Part shown: piece after piece, positions 18,192 through 25,456 of the stretch
How positions within the stretch are numbered: the first letter of the stretch is position 1
Layout: every line of letters starts with the position of its first letter
Origin: Treponema sp. CETP13
GTDB taxonomy: Bacteria > Spirochaetota > Spirochaetia > Treponematales > Treponemataceae
Direction: 5' to 3'
NCBI GenBank assembly: GCA_001885315.1
Contig: MLPZ01000002.1
Span: 75,365-139,364 of the forward strand
DNA length: 64,000 bases
Program-made: the position numbers and the translations under genes
The notes under the pieces: generated by a model
Told to the model about the DNA's origin: nothing
What the model saw: the letters and a program-made list of their open reading frames with translations, nothing else
Databases searched by the model: none

Positions 18192-19946
18192 ATGAATATA
18201 AAACCAAAAGATAAAAACATTAAGGCATTACTTATTTCAGGTAGTCAATTTTCTATTCCAAGATTCCAAAGAGATTATTCTTGGGATAAAAAAAATTATC
18301 AAGAATTTATTGATGATATGCTTGATTGTTTACGTATATGTGATGGTAAATTGGAAACAAAAAGTTATTTTTTAGGAACAATGCTTTTTATTGGTGATTA
18401 TTCAGATTCAGTAAATAAAGACAAATCTATTTATGTTGTGGATGGACAACAACGAATTACGACCATTACTATTTTGTTTTCTGCTTTGTCAGATAGATTT
18501 AGAAGTATAGGTGAGGAAAAACTGAGTGAGCAAGTTTTTCGATACATTATGACACAAGATGATGATGGAGAAGATATAAGGGTATTAGAAAGTAAGACAC
18601 ACTATCCATACTTTTCGTTTTACATTCAAGATAGAGAAAAACTTGATGCACAAGACCCAACTACAGAAGAAGAAGAATGCATTAGAGATTCTTTTAAATA
18701 TTTATATGATAGGTTAGATGATAAAAAATTAAAACTTTATTTAAAGAAAAAACTGGGAAGTGATGAAGTTGATCAGTTAAAATATGTAGATATACTTAAA
18801 ACTTTAAGAGATCAGATATTGGGCACTACTTTTATTTCTATTTCAACGCCTGATAAAAAAAACGCTAACATGATCTTTGAAATACTCAATGCAAAAGGAA
18901 AACGATTGTCTCATGTTGATTTAATAAAAAATAAAATCTTTGAAGTATTAGAAAAGACAGAACCTGCTGATTATGCAGAAGAAAAATGGGCTGATATTAA
19001 GAAAATTTTAGTTTCTCGAGATGAAACGGTTGGGTTAGCAACTTATTACAGGCATTTTTGGATATCAACATATACAAAATCTTCAGCTACTAAACTTTAT
19101 GATAATTTTCAAAAGGCAATAAAACCTAAAACAAAGGAAAGATATAAGCAGTTCCTTTGTGAAATCGAAGAAAATGCAGAAAACTATATTAAAATACTTA
19201 ATCCGAGACGAGAAGACTATGAAAATAGAAAAGAATACTTTTGGTTAGTACAAAGTTTAAATGTTTTGATGAATTATTTTAATATTGTTCAGGTTAGAAT
19301 TGCTTTACTAGCATTATTTAATATCAAAAAAAAGGAGTATATTTCTACTAAAAAATTTAAAGAAACAATACTGTTTTTAGAAAATTTTCATTTTGCATAT
19401 AATGCAGTTGTTTCGGGGAGGACAAATAAATTTGAAGGCATATATGCAAAATTTGCTATTCAAGTAAGAAGATGTAAAGACAAATCTGAATCACAAAAAA
19501 CAATCGATCAATTGCTGATTCAACCATTAAATACATTATTTCCAGGTTTTGATCAATTTTCGAAAGGATTTGTTTCCTTGAATTACACTAGAAAAACTAA
19601 ACTCAATAATGTAAAAACTAAATATGCAATACAAAAATTAAACTCTTTTTATGATAATAAGGATGTTTTTTCTGATAATGGAAGCATTGAACATATTGTC
19701 CCAGAATCAACAGGTGAGAACTCATTCAATATAGGCAACTTAATAATATTAGAAGAAACGCTAAATGAAGAAGCTGGTGATCAAAGCTATCTTCAAAAGA
19801 AGAAAGTGTATTTAAAATCTTCTTATTCTTGGATTAATAAATTCGTGGAAGCCAATGAAGTATGGACCAAGGCTAATATCGAACAAAGAGCAATTGATCT
19901 TTCTAAGATTTACTATCGTGATATTTTAGGTAAAACAATAAGTTAA
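18192..19946 (+). CDS. GmrSD-like DUF262/DUF1524 protein (putative type IV modification-dependent restriction enzyme)
   Basis: N-terminal ParB/DUF262 motifs (..IPRFQRDYSW.., ..VVDGQQRITT..). C-terminal His-Me/HNH-like DUF1524 region (..GSIEHIVPES..NIGNLIILEETLNEEAGD..). SD aaagggag upstream. Confidence 0.7.
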   Translation: MNIKPKDKNIKALLISGSQFSIPRFQRDYSWDKKNYQEFIDDMLDCLRICDGKLETKSYFLGTMLFIGDYSDSVNKDKSIYVVDGQQRITTITILFSALSDRFRSIGEEKLSEQVFRYIMTQDDDGEDIRVLESKTHYPYFSFYIQDREKLDAQDPTTEEEECIRDSFKYLYDRLDDKKLKLYLKKKLGSDEVDQLKYVDILKTLRDQILGTTFISISTPDKKNANMIFEILNAKGKRLSHVDLIKNKIFEVLEKTEPADYAEEKWADIKKILVSRDETVGLATYYRHFWISTYTKSSATKLYDNFQKAIKPKTKERYKQFLCEIEENAENYIKILNPRREDYENRKEYFWLVQSLNVLMNYFNIVQVRIALLALFNIKKKEYISTKKFKETILFLENFHFAYNAVVSGRTNKFEGIYAKFAIQVRRCKDKSESQKTIDQLLIQPLNTLFPGFDQFSKGFVSLNYTRKTKLNNVKTKYAIQKLNSFYDNKDVFSDNGSIEHIVPESTGENSFNIGNLIILEETLNEEAGDQSYLQKKKVYLKSSYSWINKFVEANEVWTKANIEQRAIDLSKIYYRDILGKTIS

Positions 19947-20190
19947 ATAAATGTCAAAATTTACGTCAAGATCTGTTTATAAAAGATTTGTTATAGTAAT
20001 TTTATTTTATAATATAAAATGAAATTTTAGGGTAACATAGTAAATGGTACACACATTAGATTTTAAATATTAAAAATATGAACTTACAAAAGATTGAATT
20101 CTTTCCAAAATGGAAACAGTTCAATTCAAGATACCTATTTAGGCTGAATATTTTTTAAAAAACTTGTTTTTTATGTTTTAGCCATATTTA

Positions 20191-20206
20191 TTGACAAATA
20201 TGTCAA
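20191..20206. promoter_or_regulatory. Perfect palindrome TTGACAAATATGTCAA (-35-like hexamer within a 6-4-6 inverted repeat), upstream of the ATPase pair
   Basis: Read directly, 83 nt upstream of ATG 20289. Promoter or operator function is inferred only. Confidence 0.3.
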
Positions 20207-20288
20207 AAATTATTAATTAGCTATGGTAAAATACAGCTATTGGTAGTACATTGTATATATCTTGTATATATATTTGAGAGGTATAAAG

Positions 20289-21458
20289 ATGTTGTTGTCA
20301 TACAGTGCTAAAAACTTTTATTGTTTTAAAGAAGGCCTTGAAGTTTCGTTTAAGTTAGGTAAATCATGTCCTCAAGAAATATCAAATAATAAAGATTTTA
20401 CAAATGTTCTCTGCGTAAAAGGTGCAAATGGGGCAGGTAAATCTAATGCCTTAAAAGTTCTTGATTTTCTTAGATTGTTTTGTCGTGATTCTTTTTTGTT
20501 AAAGCCAGATGCACCAATAGGCTATAAAACTTTTTTTAATAATACTAATCCATCAGAGTTTTGTGTGGAATTTTCAGTCGATGGCATTGTATATCAATAT
20601 GATTTATCGATAACAAAAAATGAAATACTCAGTGAAAAGTTGTCAAAGACAGTTAAGCGCTCAAAAACGCTATTTACACGAACTAAAAATAAAGTAGAGA
20701 CAATTACAGAGTTTGATGAACTTAAAAAAATTAAATTGAGATCTAATGCTTCAATTATTAGTACGGCGCATCAGTATGAAATAAAAGAGCTTGCTGTTGT
20801 ATATTCTTTTTTTGAAAAAATAATACCGTTAAATACTACGCTTCCAAAATTGATATATAATACAAATGATATTATTAGAAATTCACAACCTTTTGCTGAG
20901 TTGCATTCAATTAATCAAAATTATTATGATTATCCCGAAGCGTTTGCTTTTACAAAAGATATCTTAAAAAAATTTGATTTAGGAATTAAAGATATAAAGA
21001 TTAAAAAAGTTCAAATAGATAAAGACAATATTGAATATAATCCATATTTTGTTCATGAAAATAATAAAAAAGAGTATGAGCTTCCTTTTGAATTAGAATC
21101 TTCTGGGACAAGAAGTTTATATAATCAACTATTTTTTTATTATGGGGTACTTGAAGTGGGGGGTGTTTTTGTTTTAGACGAGTTTGATGTTAATTTGCAT
21201 CCAGATATATTGCCGTTATTAATAGACTTATTTACAAATAAAGAAACAAATCCTCATAATGCACAATTATTATTTACAACACATAATTCTGAAATCCTTA
21301 ATACATTGGGTAAATACCGCACGGTATTAGTCAACAAAGAAGCAAATGAAAGTTATTTATATCGTCTAGATGAACTTCCCGGCGATATAATTAGAAATGA
21401 TCGTCCTCTAGAACCGGTCTATCGGAGTGGTAAAATTGGAGGTGTCCCTAAAGTATGA
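20289..21458 (+). CDS. AAA15/AAA21-type (ABC/SMC-like, COG1106-like) ATPase, defence-associated
   Basis: Walker A GANGAGKSN, signature-like ESSGTRSLY, Walker B VFVLDEFDVNLHPD, TTHNSE, and C-terminal ..YRSGKIGGVPKV. Start taken at ATG 20289 after gagagg. Confidence 0.7.
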   Translation: MLLSYSAKNFYCFKEGLEVSFKLGKSCPQEISNNKDFTNVLCVKGANGAGKSNALKVLDFLRLFCRDSFLLKPDAPIGYKTFFNNTNPSEFCVEFSVDGIVYQYDLSITKNEILSEKLSKTVKRSKTLFTRTKNKVETITEFDELKKIKLRSNASIISTAHQYEIKELAVVYSFFEKIIPLNTTLPKLIYNTNDIIRNSQPFAELHSINQNYYDYPEAFAFTKDILKKFDLGIKDIKIKKVQIDKDNIEYNPYFVHENNKKEYELPFELESSGTRSLYNQLFFYYGVLEVGGVFVLDEFDVNLHPDILPLLIDLFTNKETNPHNAQLLFTTHNSEILNTLGKYRTVLVNKEANESYLYRLDELPGDIIRNDRPLEPVYRSGKIGGVPKV

Positions 21459-21967
21459 ACAAGTTTTCTAATAAGAGAAAAGAAAGTTTTTTAGATTCAA
21501 TACCGACTGAAAGTCTCGATAACAAGACAAACGATATTGTTTGCAGGTGTAAATTTAATTTTTCATATTTTGATAATTCTCAAGGAGTTGGTCAAGATTT
21601 TAAAGATTGGACACAGGAAGAATTGGCAAAACTTTTAGATAAGCTGAAAAATTATTGCAAATTTTCATTAGAACACTGGAAAAATGAAAAAATAGGTTCT
21701 GGAAAACATAGAAATGGTATTTTAGTTGAATATGGCTCTTTTCCCGTAAAAACTGATTTTAAGTTTCCTTTACATATTCCGCATCAAGTTATTTGGGGGC
21801 GATTTAGACTAGAGCAAGCAACACGTTTAGTAGGATTTACAATTCCCAAACAATATGAAGATTTGTTTTGTAATAATAAAAAATTAAAGTATCGCTTTGA
21901 TTGCAATACCTTTTATGTTGTATTTCTTGATAAAAATCATAGGTTCTGGAAATCAAGTAACAAGTAA
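21455..21967 (+). CDS. Hypothetical 170-aa protein, translationally coupled to the ATPase (candidate effector)
   Basis: ATGA overlap with the upstream stop. No family recognised. The C-terminal pattern VIWGRFRLEQATRLVGF...NTFYVVFLDKNHRFW is reminiscent of RelE/ParE-superfamily strand motifs (inference). Confidence 0.5.
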   Translation: MNKFSNKRKESFLDSIPTESLDNKTNDIVCRCKFNFSYFDNSQGVGQDFKDWTQEELAKLLDKLKNYCKFSLEHWKNEKIGSGKHRNGILVEYGSFPVKTDFKFPLHIPHQVIWGRFRLEQATRLVGFTIPKQYEDLFCNNKKLKYRFDCNTFYVVFLDKNHRFWKSSNK

Positions 21968-22020
21968 AACTCTATGTAAGGCCTTTTAACCCCCTCGAGT
22001 TCGAAGGGGTTAAAAAACGT

Positions 22021-22341
22021 ATTCAATCTAAGCTACGTTAATCATAAATAGGAGCTTCAGTATCAATGCACTGTAACATTTGCTCAGCTACTTTTTTCCC
22101 TGACCGGATCATTCCGCCAAATACAGGTCCCATTCTGTAAGCTCCGGCTACGCCATTTGCAGCCATTCCACTAACAAAAAGACGAGGATAAATTTCGCAT
22201 GTATTTTCAGCCGTGGCAAGTTCGGCTTTTTTACATTTTAAAGATCTCTCGCCCATAACCTTACCAGTCTTTGTATTAAGTGTTATTTCGTTTTTTCGGG
22301 TTAACACATTTACAATTTCAGATGGATGGCCGGTAGCATCT
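22021..22341. repeat. 321-bp direct repeat, copy 1 (3' end of intact thi4 plus 17 nt downstream)
   Basis: Aligns without indels to 42894-43214, with about 19 mismatches by manual alignment. Confidence 0.9.
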
Positions 22342-22832
22342 AAGACACAACGACTTATAGCCATAAGAGGATCTACATGCATATGCTCTTTATGTACAGG
22401 AGCCCAATTTAAAACAACTCCACCAATACTTTCGTCTTTTGCAAAAATAATATCTTCGATACTTATCATATTAAGAAGTGTTACCCCAGCTTCTACAGCC
22501 TTAGAAATAAGAGTAGATGCAAGGTAAACCGAATCGATAGTATAAAAATTGTCTTTTACCTCAGGAAGTTCTACTCCTATTTCTGATAAAATAGTGGCCG
22601 CTTCTTCTTGAACCATAACGTCATTAAAAAACATACCACCACCCCAAATTCCACCACCAGGGGCAAGTTCGCGCTCAAACATTACCACTTTTTTTCCAGC
22701 TTTAGCTAAAAAATATCCAGCAACAAGCCCAGATGGTCCTGAACCTACAATAATTGCATCTGAGTCCAACGCACTCTTTAATTTTGTGTGATAAGAATCT
22801 AAAATTCCTTTTGAAACATTGTATTCTAACAT
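22038..22832 (-). CDS. thi4: Thiazole synthase, Thi4 family
   Basis: Dinucleotide-binding IVGSGPSGLVAGYFLA, then ..ERELAPGGGIWGGGMFFN.. and ..LDATGHPSEIV... Preceded by a TPP riboswitch. Confidence 0.85.
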   Translation of the reverse strand: MLEYNVSKGILDSYHTKLKSALDSDAIIVGSGPSGLVAGYFLAKAGKKVVMFERELAPGGGIWGGGMFFNDVMVQEEAATILSEIGVELPEVKDNFYTIDSVYLASTLISKAVEAGVTLLNMISIEDIIFAKDESIGGVVLNWAPVHKEHMHVDPLMAISRCVLDATGHPSEIVNVLTRKNEITLNTKTGKVMGERSLKCKKAELATAENTCEIYPRLFVSGMAANGVAGAYRMGPVFGGMIRSGKKVAEQMLQCIDTEAPIYD

Positions 22833-22939
22833 ATGTTCCTCCTAAGTTTTATGAACAGGAGAACCACCAATTTAGAGATTTGTCTTTTAGAATATAGAGT
22901 TTGAGGTATTGTTACGATTTTTTGTTTACATAAATACAT

Positions 22940-23020
22940 GAAAACCGCCTCCCTGCGCTGGCATTATCCAGATCAGGTTCAAAGGGTATATTCTCAGCTC
23001 GTTAGGAGCACCCCTGTTCA
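22940..23020 (-). promoter_or_regulatory. TPP (THI-box) riboswitch upstream of thi4
   Basis: The minus strand reads acaggggtgctcctaacgagctgagaatataccctttgaacctgatctggataatgccagcgcagggaggcgg. This contains the conserved CUGAGA, ACCUGAUCUGGAUAAUGCCAGCG core. Confidence 0.85.
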
Positions 23021-23092
23021 ATTATTTATAAATAGTAATGATATTAAAAAACATTTACAAGTGTTTTTAAGTTTTTTTTCGCTTGCATCTTT

Positions 23093-23230
23093 GGCAAATC
23101 CCCTCTTCGAGGGTCGCGCTATTACAACCTCCGCTTCCGCTTCGAAAGCCTCGTGCCTAAAGTCACTCGGGTTTTTGCTAACGCAAGTTTCCATATCGCT
23201 ATTTGTACGAGCGGTAACGGGGGGAGGGGG
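23093..23230 (+). repeat. Unclassified ~140-nt intergenic repeat, copy B
   Basis: Same orientation and about 90% identity to 17836-17978. Ends in G6AG5 followed by A8. Confidence 0.8.
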
Positions 23231-23286
23231 AAAAAAAATTTGATTATTTCAAAATTAAGTAGTAACTTAACAGGTGAGGAGTATTA

Positions 23287-24192
23287 ATGGAAAAAGAGTT
23301 TAACCAATTTATAGAGAAGATTACTTTAACAACGAAACAAAAAGATGAAGCTAAAACAAAGTATACAGGGGTATGTAAAAAAGTTCATGATTATTATTAT
23401 GATTGTAATTATGATGGATCAACTAAATTTTTATTTGGATCGTACAAATTAAAAACAAATATTAGACCGATTACAAAAGATCAAGATGTTGATGTTTTGA
23501 TTAAATTACCACAAGAAACTTTTGAAAAATTTAATAATTATCAAAGTAATGGACAATCAGCGTTATTAGAAGAAGTCAAAAGCATATTAAAAGAAAAATA
23601 TACGACAACTGATAAAATAAAAAGTTGGGGAAAAGTTATACTGCTTCAATTTGAAGATAGTACCCATAATATTGAATTATTACCAGCATTTGAACAGGAT
23701 GATAATAGTTTTAAAATCCCAAATACCGAAAATGGTGGAAGTTGGGAAGTATTTAACCCTAGAGCTCAAATTGATGCTTTTAATGAAAGTAATAAAAATA
23801 GTGATGGGTTGACCCGTAAGATATGTAAAATGGTTAAAAAATGGCGAAACTTTACTACTTCTGTTTCTATAAAGTCATGTTCTATTCAAGATTGGGCAAT
23901 CGATTTCCTTGCTAGTAATAAAGTAGATCAGTTAGAAATAGAAGAAATATTACAAAAATATTTCGAATTCATAAGATCAAAATGTTCTTCAGATAATAAA
24001 TCCTATGTTGAAACTGTATTAAAACGTATTGAAAAAGCAATTAATTATATTGATGATGGAGAGGAAAACGAAGCTTCTCAAGAATTTAGAAAAATTTTTG
24101 GTAATGAATTCCCTTTAGTAGAAGATAGTTCAAAAACAAATAGTTTTGATAATAATATATTTTCTACTCCTCGACCATGGCTAGAAAATTAA
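23287..24192 (+). CDS. SMODS / minimal CD-NTase-like nucleotidyltransferase
   Basis: Pol-beta NTase motif FGSYKLKTNIRPITKDQDVDVLIKL (GS...DxD) plus a downstream acidic strand NIELLPAF. 301 aa. First gene of a tightly packed three-gene cassette. Confidence 0.65.
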   Translation: MEKEFNQFIEKITLTTKQKDEAKTKYTGVCKKVHDYYYDCNYDGSTKFLFGSYKLKTNIRPITKDQDVDVLIKLPQETFEKFNNYQSNGQSALLEEVKSILKEKYTTTDKIKSWGKVILLQFEDSTHNIELLPAFEQDDNSFKIPNTENGGSWEVFNPRAQIDAFNESNKNSDGLTRKICKMVKKWRNFTTSVSIKSCSIQDWAIDFLASNKVDQLEIEEILQKYFEFIRSKCSSDNKSYVETVLKRIEKAINYIDDGEENEASQEFRKIFGNEFPLVEDSSKTNSFDNNIFSTPRPWLEN

Positions 24193-24767
24193 TGATTTTA
24201 AGACCTTCTAAGATAGACTTAGATTGGTTAAATAATAATCAACCTAAGTTATGTTTTAATAATAAAAATATAATTGAAGGAATATATAAATTAAATAGTA
24301 GTTATAAGGGTGTCGCTTTAAAAGGTAATTACAAAATCAAGATAGATCTTTTAGTTGATAATATAGATTTAATTCCTACTGTTTATTTATATCCCGAAAA
24401 TCTACATAGGATTCTTAATAAATCTGATCTAAAAATAAGTGATTTACATATAAATTCTGATTTTTCTCTCTGCTTGTGTATTCCTGAACTTGCGAAAGAC
24501 TATTTGCCTCATGGATATAATTTAAAAGAATTTATAATCAATTTAGTAAATCCGTTTTTCTATTGGATACGGTCTTATTGTTTAAATAAAAAAAAACCAT
24601 GGAATGATTATTCTCATGGTTTCCAAGGATACAAAGAAGCTTTTGGCGTTGATGTTTTTGAAACGAAGAAATCAGTTAATAATCAAGAGTTATATAATTG
24701 TATTAAAAAAAAATTTGGTAGTGAATATCTAAGTAAACAAGCTTTTCGAAAAATAATAAGAGGTTAA
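24177..24767 (+). CDS. Prokaryotic E2 (UBC-fold)-like protein
   Basis: ..IPTVYLYPENL...DLHINSDFSLCLCIPEL.. resembles the E2 HPN-x(n)-C-L catalytic motif. The start overlaps the NTase gene; alternative ATG at 24192 (TAATG). Confidence 0.5.
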   Translation: MARKLMILRPSKIDLDWLNNNQPKLCFNNKNIIEGIYKLNSSYKGVALKGNYKIKIDLLVDNIDLIPTVYLYPENLHRILNKSDLKISDLHINSDFSLCLCIPELAKDYLPHGYNLKEFIINLVNPFFYWIRSYCLNKKKPWNDYSHGFQGYKEAFGVDVFETKKSVNNQELYNCIKKKFGSEYLSKQAFRKIIRG

Positions 24768-24768
24768 T

Positions 24769-25350
24769 ATGATTGATTTTACGAATTTATCAGTTTTAAG
24801 ACAAAATTTTGCAAATGTAGTATATACCATGAAGATTCATGAAATATGTAAAGAAAAAGCTGCTATAGGTAAGGTTATATATGCTATTGTAAATATTATT
24901 TTAATTGGTTTAACATTTGTAATTATTACGTTTGGTAATATTTTTTTTAATATCGGGGTCTGTAATATTTTTTCTTCTTTGTTTTCATTAAGTGCGTTAA
25001 TTTTGTTTATATGTACTTTAGTATTCAATCCTAATAATAAGTATAAACAACATGAAACGACAGCTAATAAACTATTACTAATAAGAGAAAAATATATAAA
25101 TCTTATGGCGGATATTGTTACTGAAAATATATCTTCAGATTTAATCAAGCAAAAAAGTGATGGTTTAGTAAATGAAGTAGAAAAAATCTATGCAGAAGCT
25201 CCATATCGATCACGACGATGTTATAAAGAAGCACAAAGACGATTAAGAGGTAAAAATGTCGAAGGAGAGGATTTTACTACCTCAGATAAAGAAATAGATC
25301 GTTTTTTGCCGAGTGAATTAAAATATTCTACATTAAAAGATAATAAATAA
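24769..25350 (+). CDS. SLATT-like two-TM membrane effector
   Basis: N-terminal helix (..VVYTMKIHEICKEKAA..), then two TM helices (VIYAIVNIILIGLTFVIITF, IFSSLFSLSALILFICTLVF) and a helical C-terminal region. Starts 1 nt after the upstream stop. Confidence 0.55.
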   Translation: MIDFTNLSVLRQNFANVVYTMKIHEICKEKAAIGKVIYAIVNIILIGLTFVIITFGNIFFNIGVCNIFSSLFSLSALILFICTLVFNPNNKYKQHETTANKLLLIREKYINLMADIVTENISSDLIKQKSDGLVNEVEKIYAEAPYRSRRCYKEAQRRLRGKNVEGEDFTTSDKEIDRFLPSELKYSTLKDNK

Positions 25351-25456
25351 ATTTAAGTATTGGCTCTATCAAGAATGGCAAGAAACCTGAAAATGGTTTA
25401 ATATAGTAGGTATTCCACAGCTACTAAGAAATTACCAAATACTGTAAGGTAGAGCA

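Noticed and set aside
21984-22015. Hairpin ttttaacccc...ggggttaaaa between the 170-aa gene and thi4, considered as an intrinsic terminator
   Set aside because: The stem is real, but the A/T runs are part of the stem rather than a trailing U-tract on either strand. It is left uncalled, though it may still be a bidirectional terminator.
17757-23235. Idea that the ~140-nt repeats are integron attC sites
   Set aside because: I could not find the R''/R' core sites (RYYYAAC / GTTRRRY) at the ends. The bracketed segment (about 5 kb, four genes in both orientations) is not cassette-like, and no intI gene is in the window.
22938-23243. 101-aa ORF on the plus strand upstream of thi4
   Set aside because: It overlaps the antisense strand of the TPP riboswitch and repeat copy B. 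It is explained by those non-coding elements.
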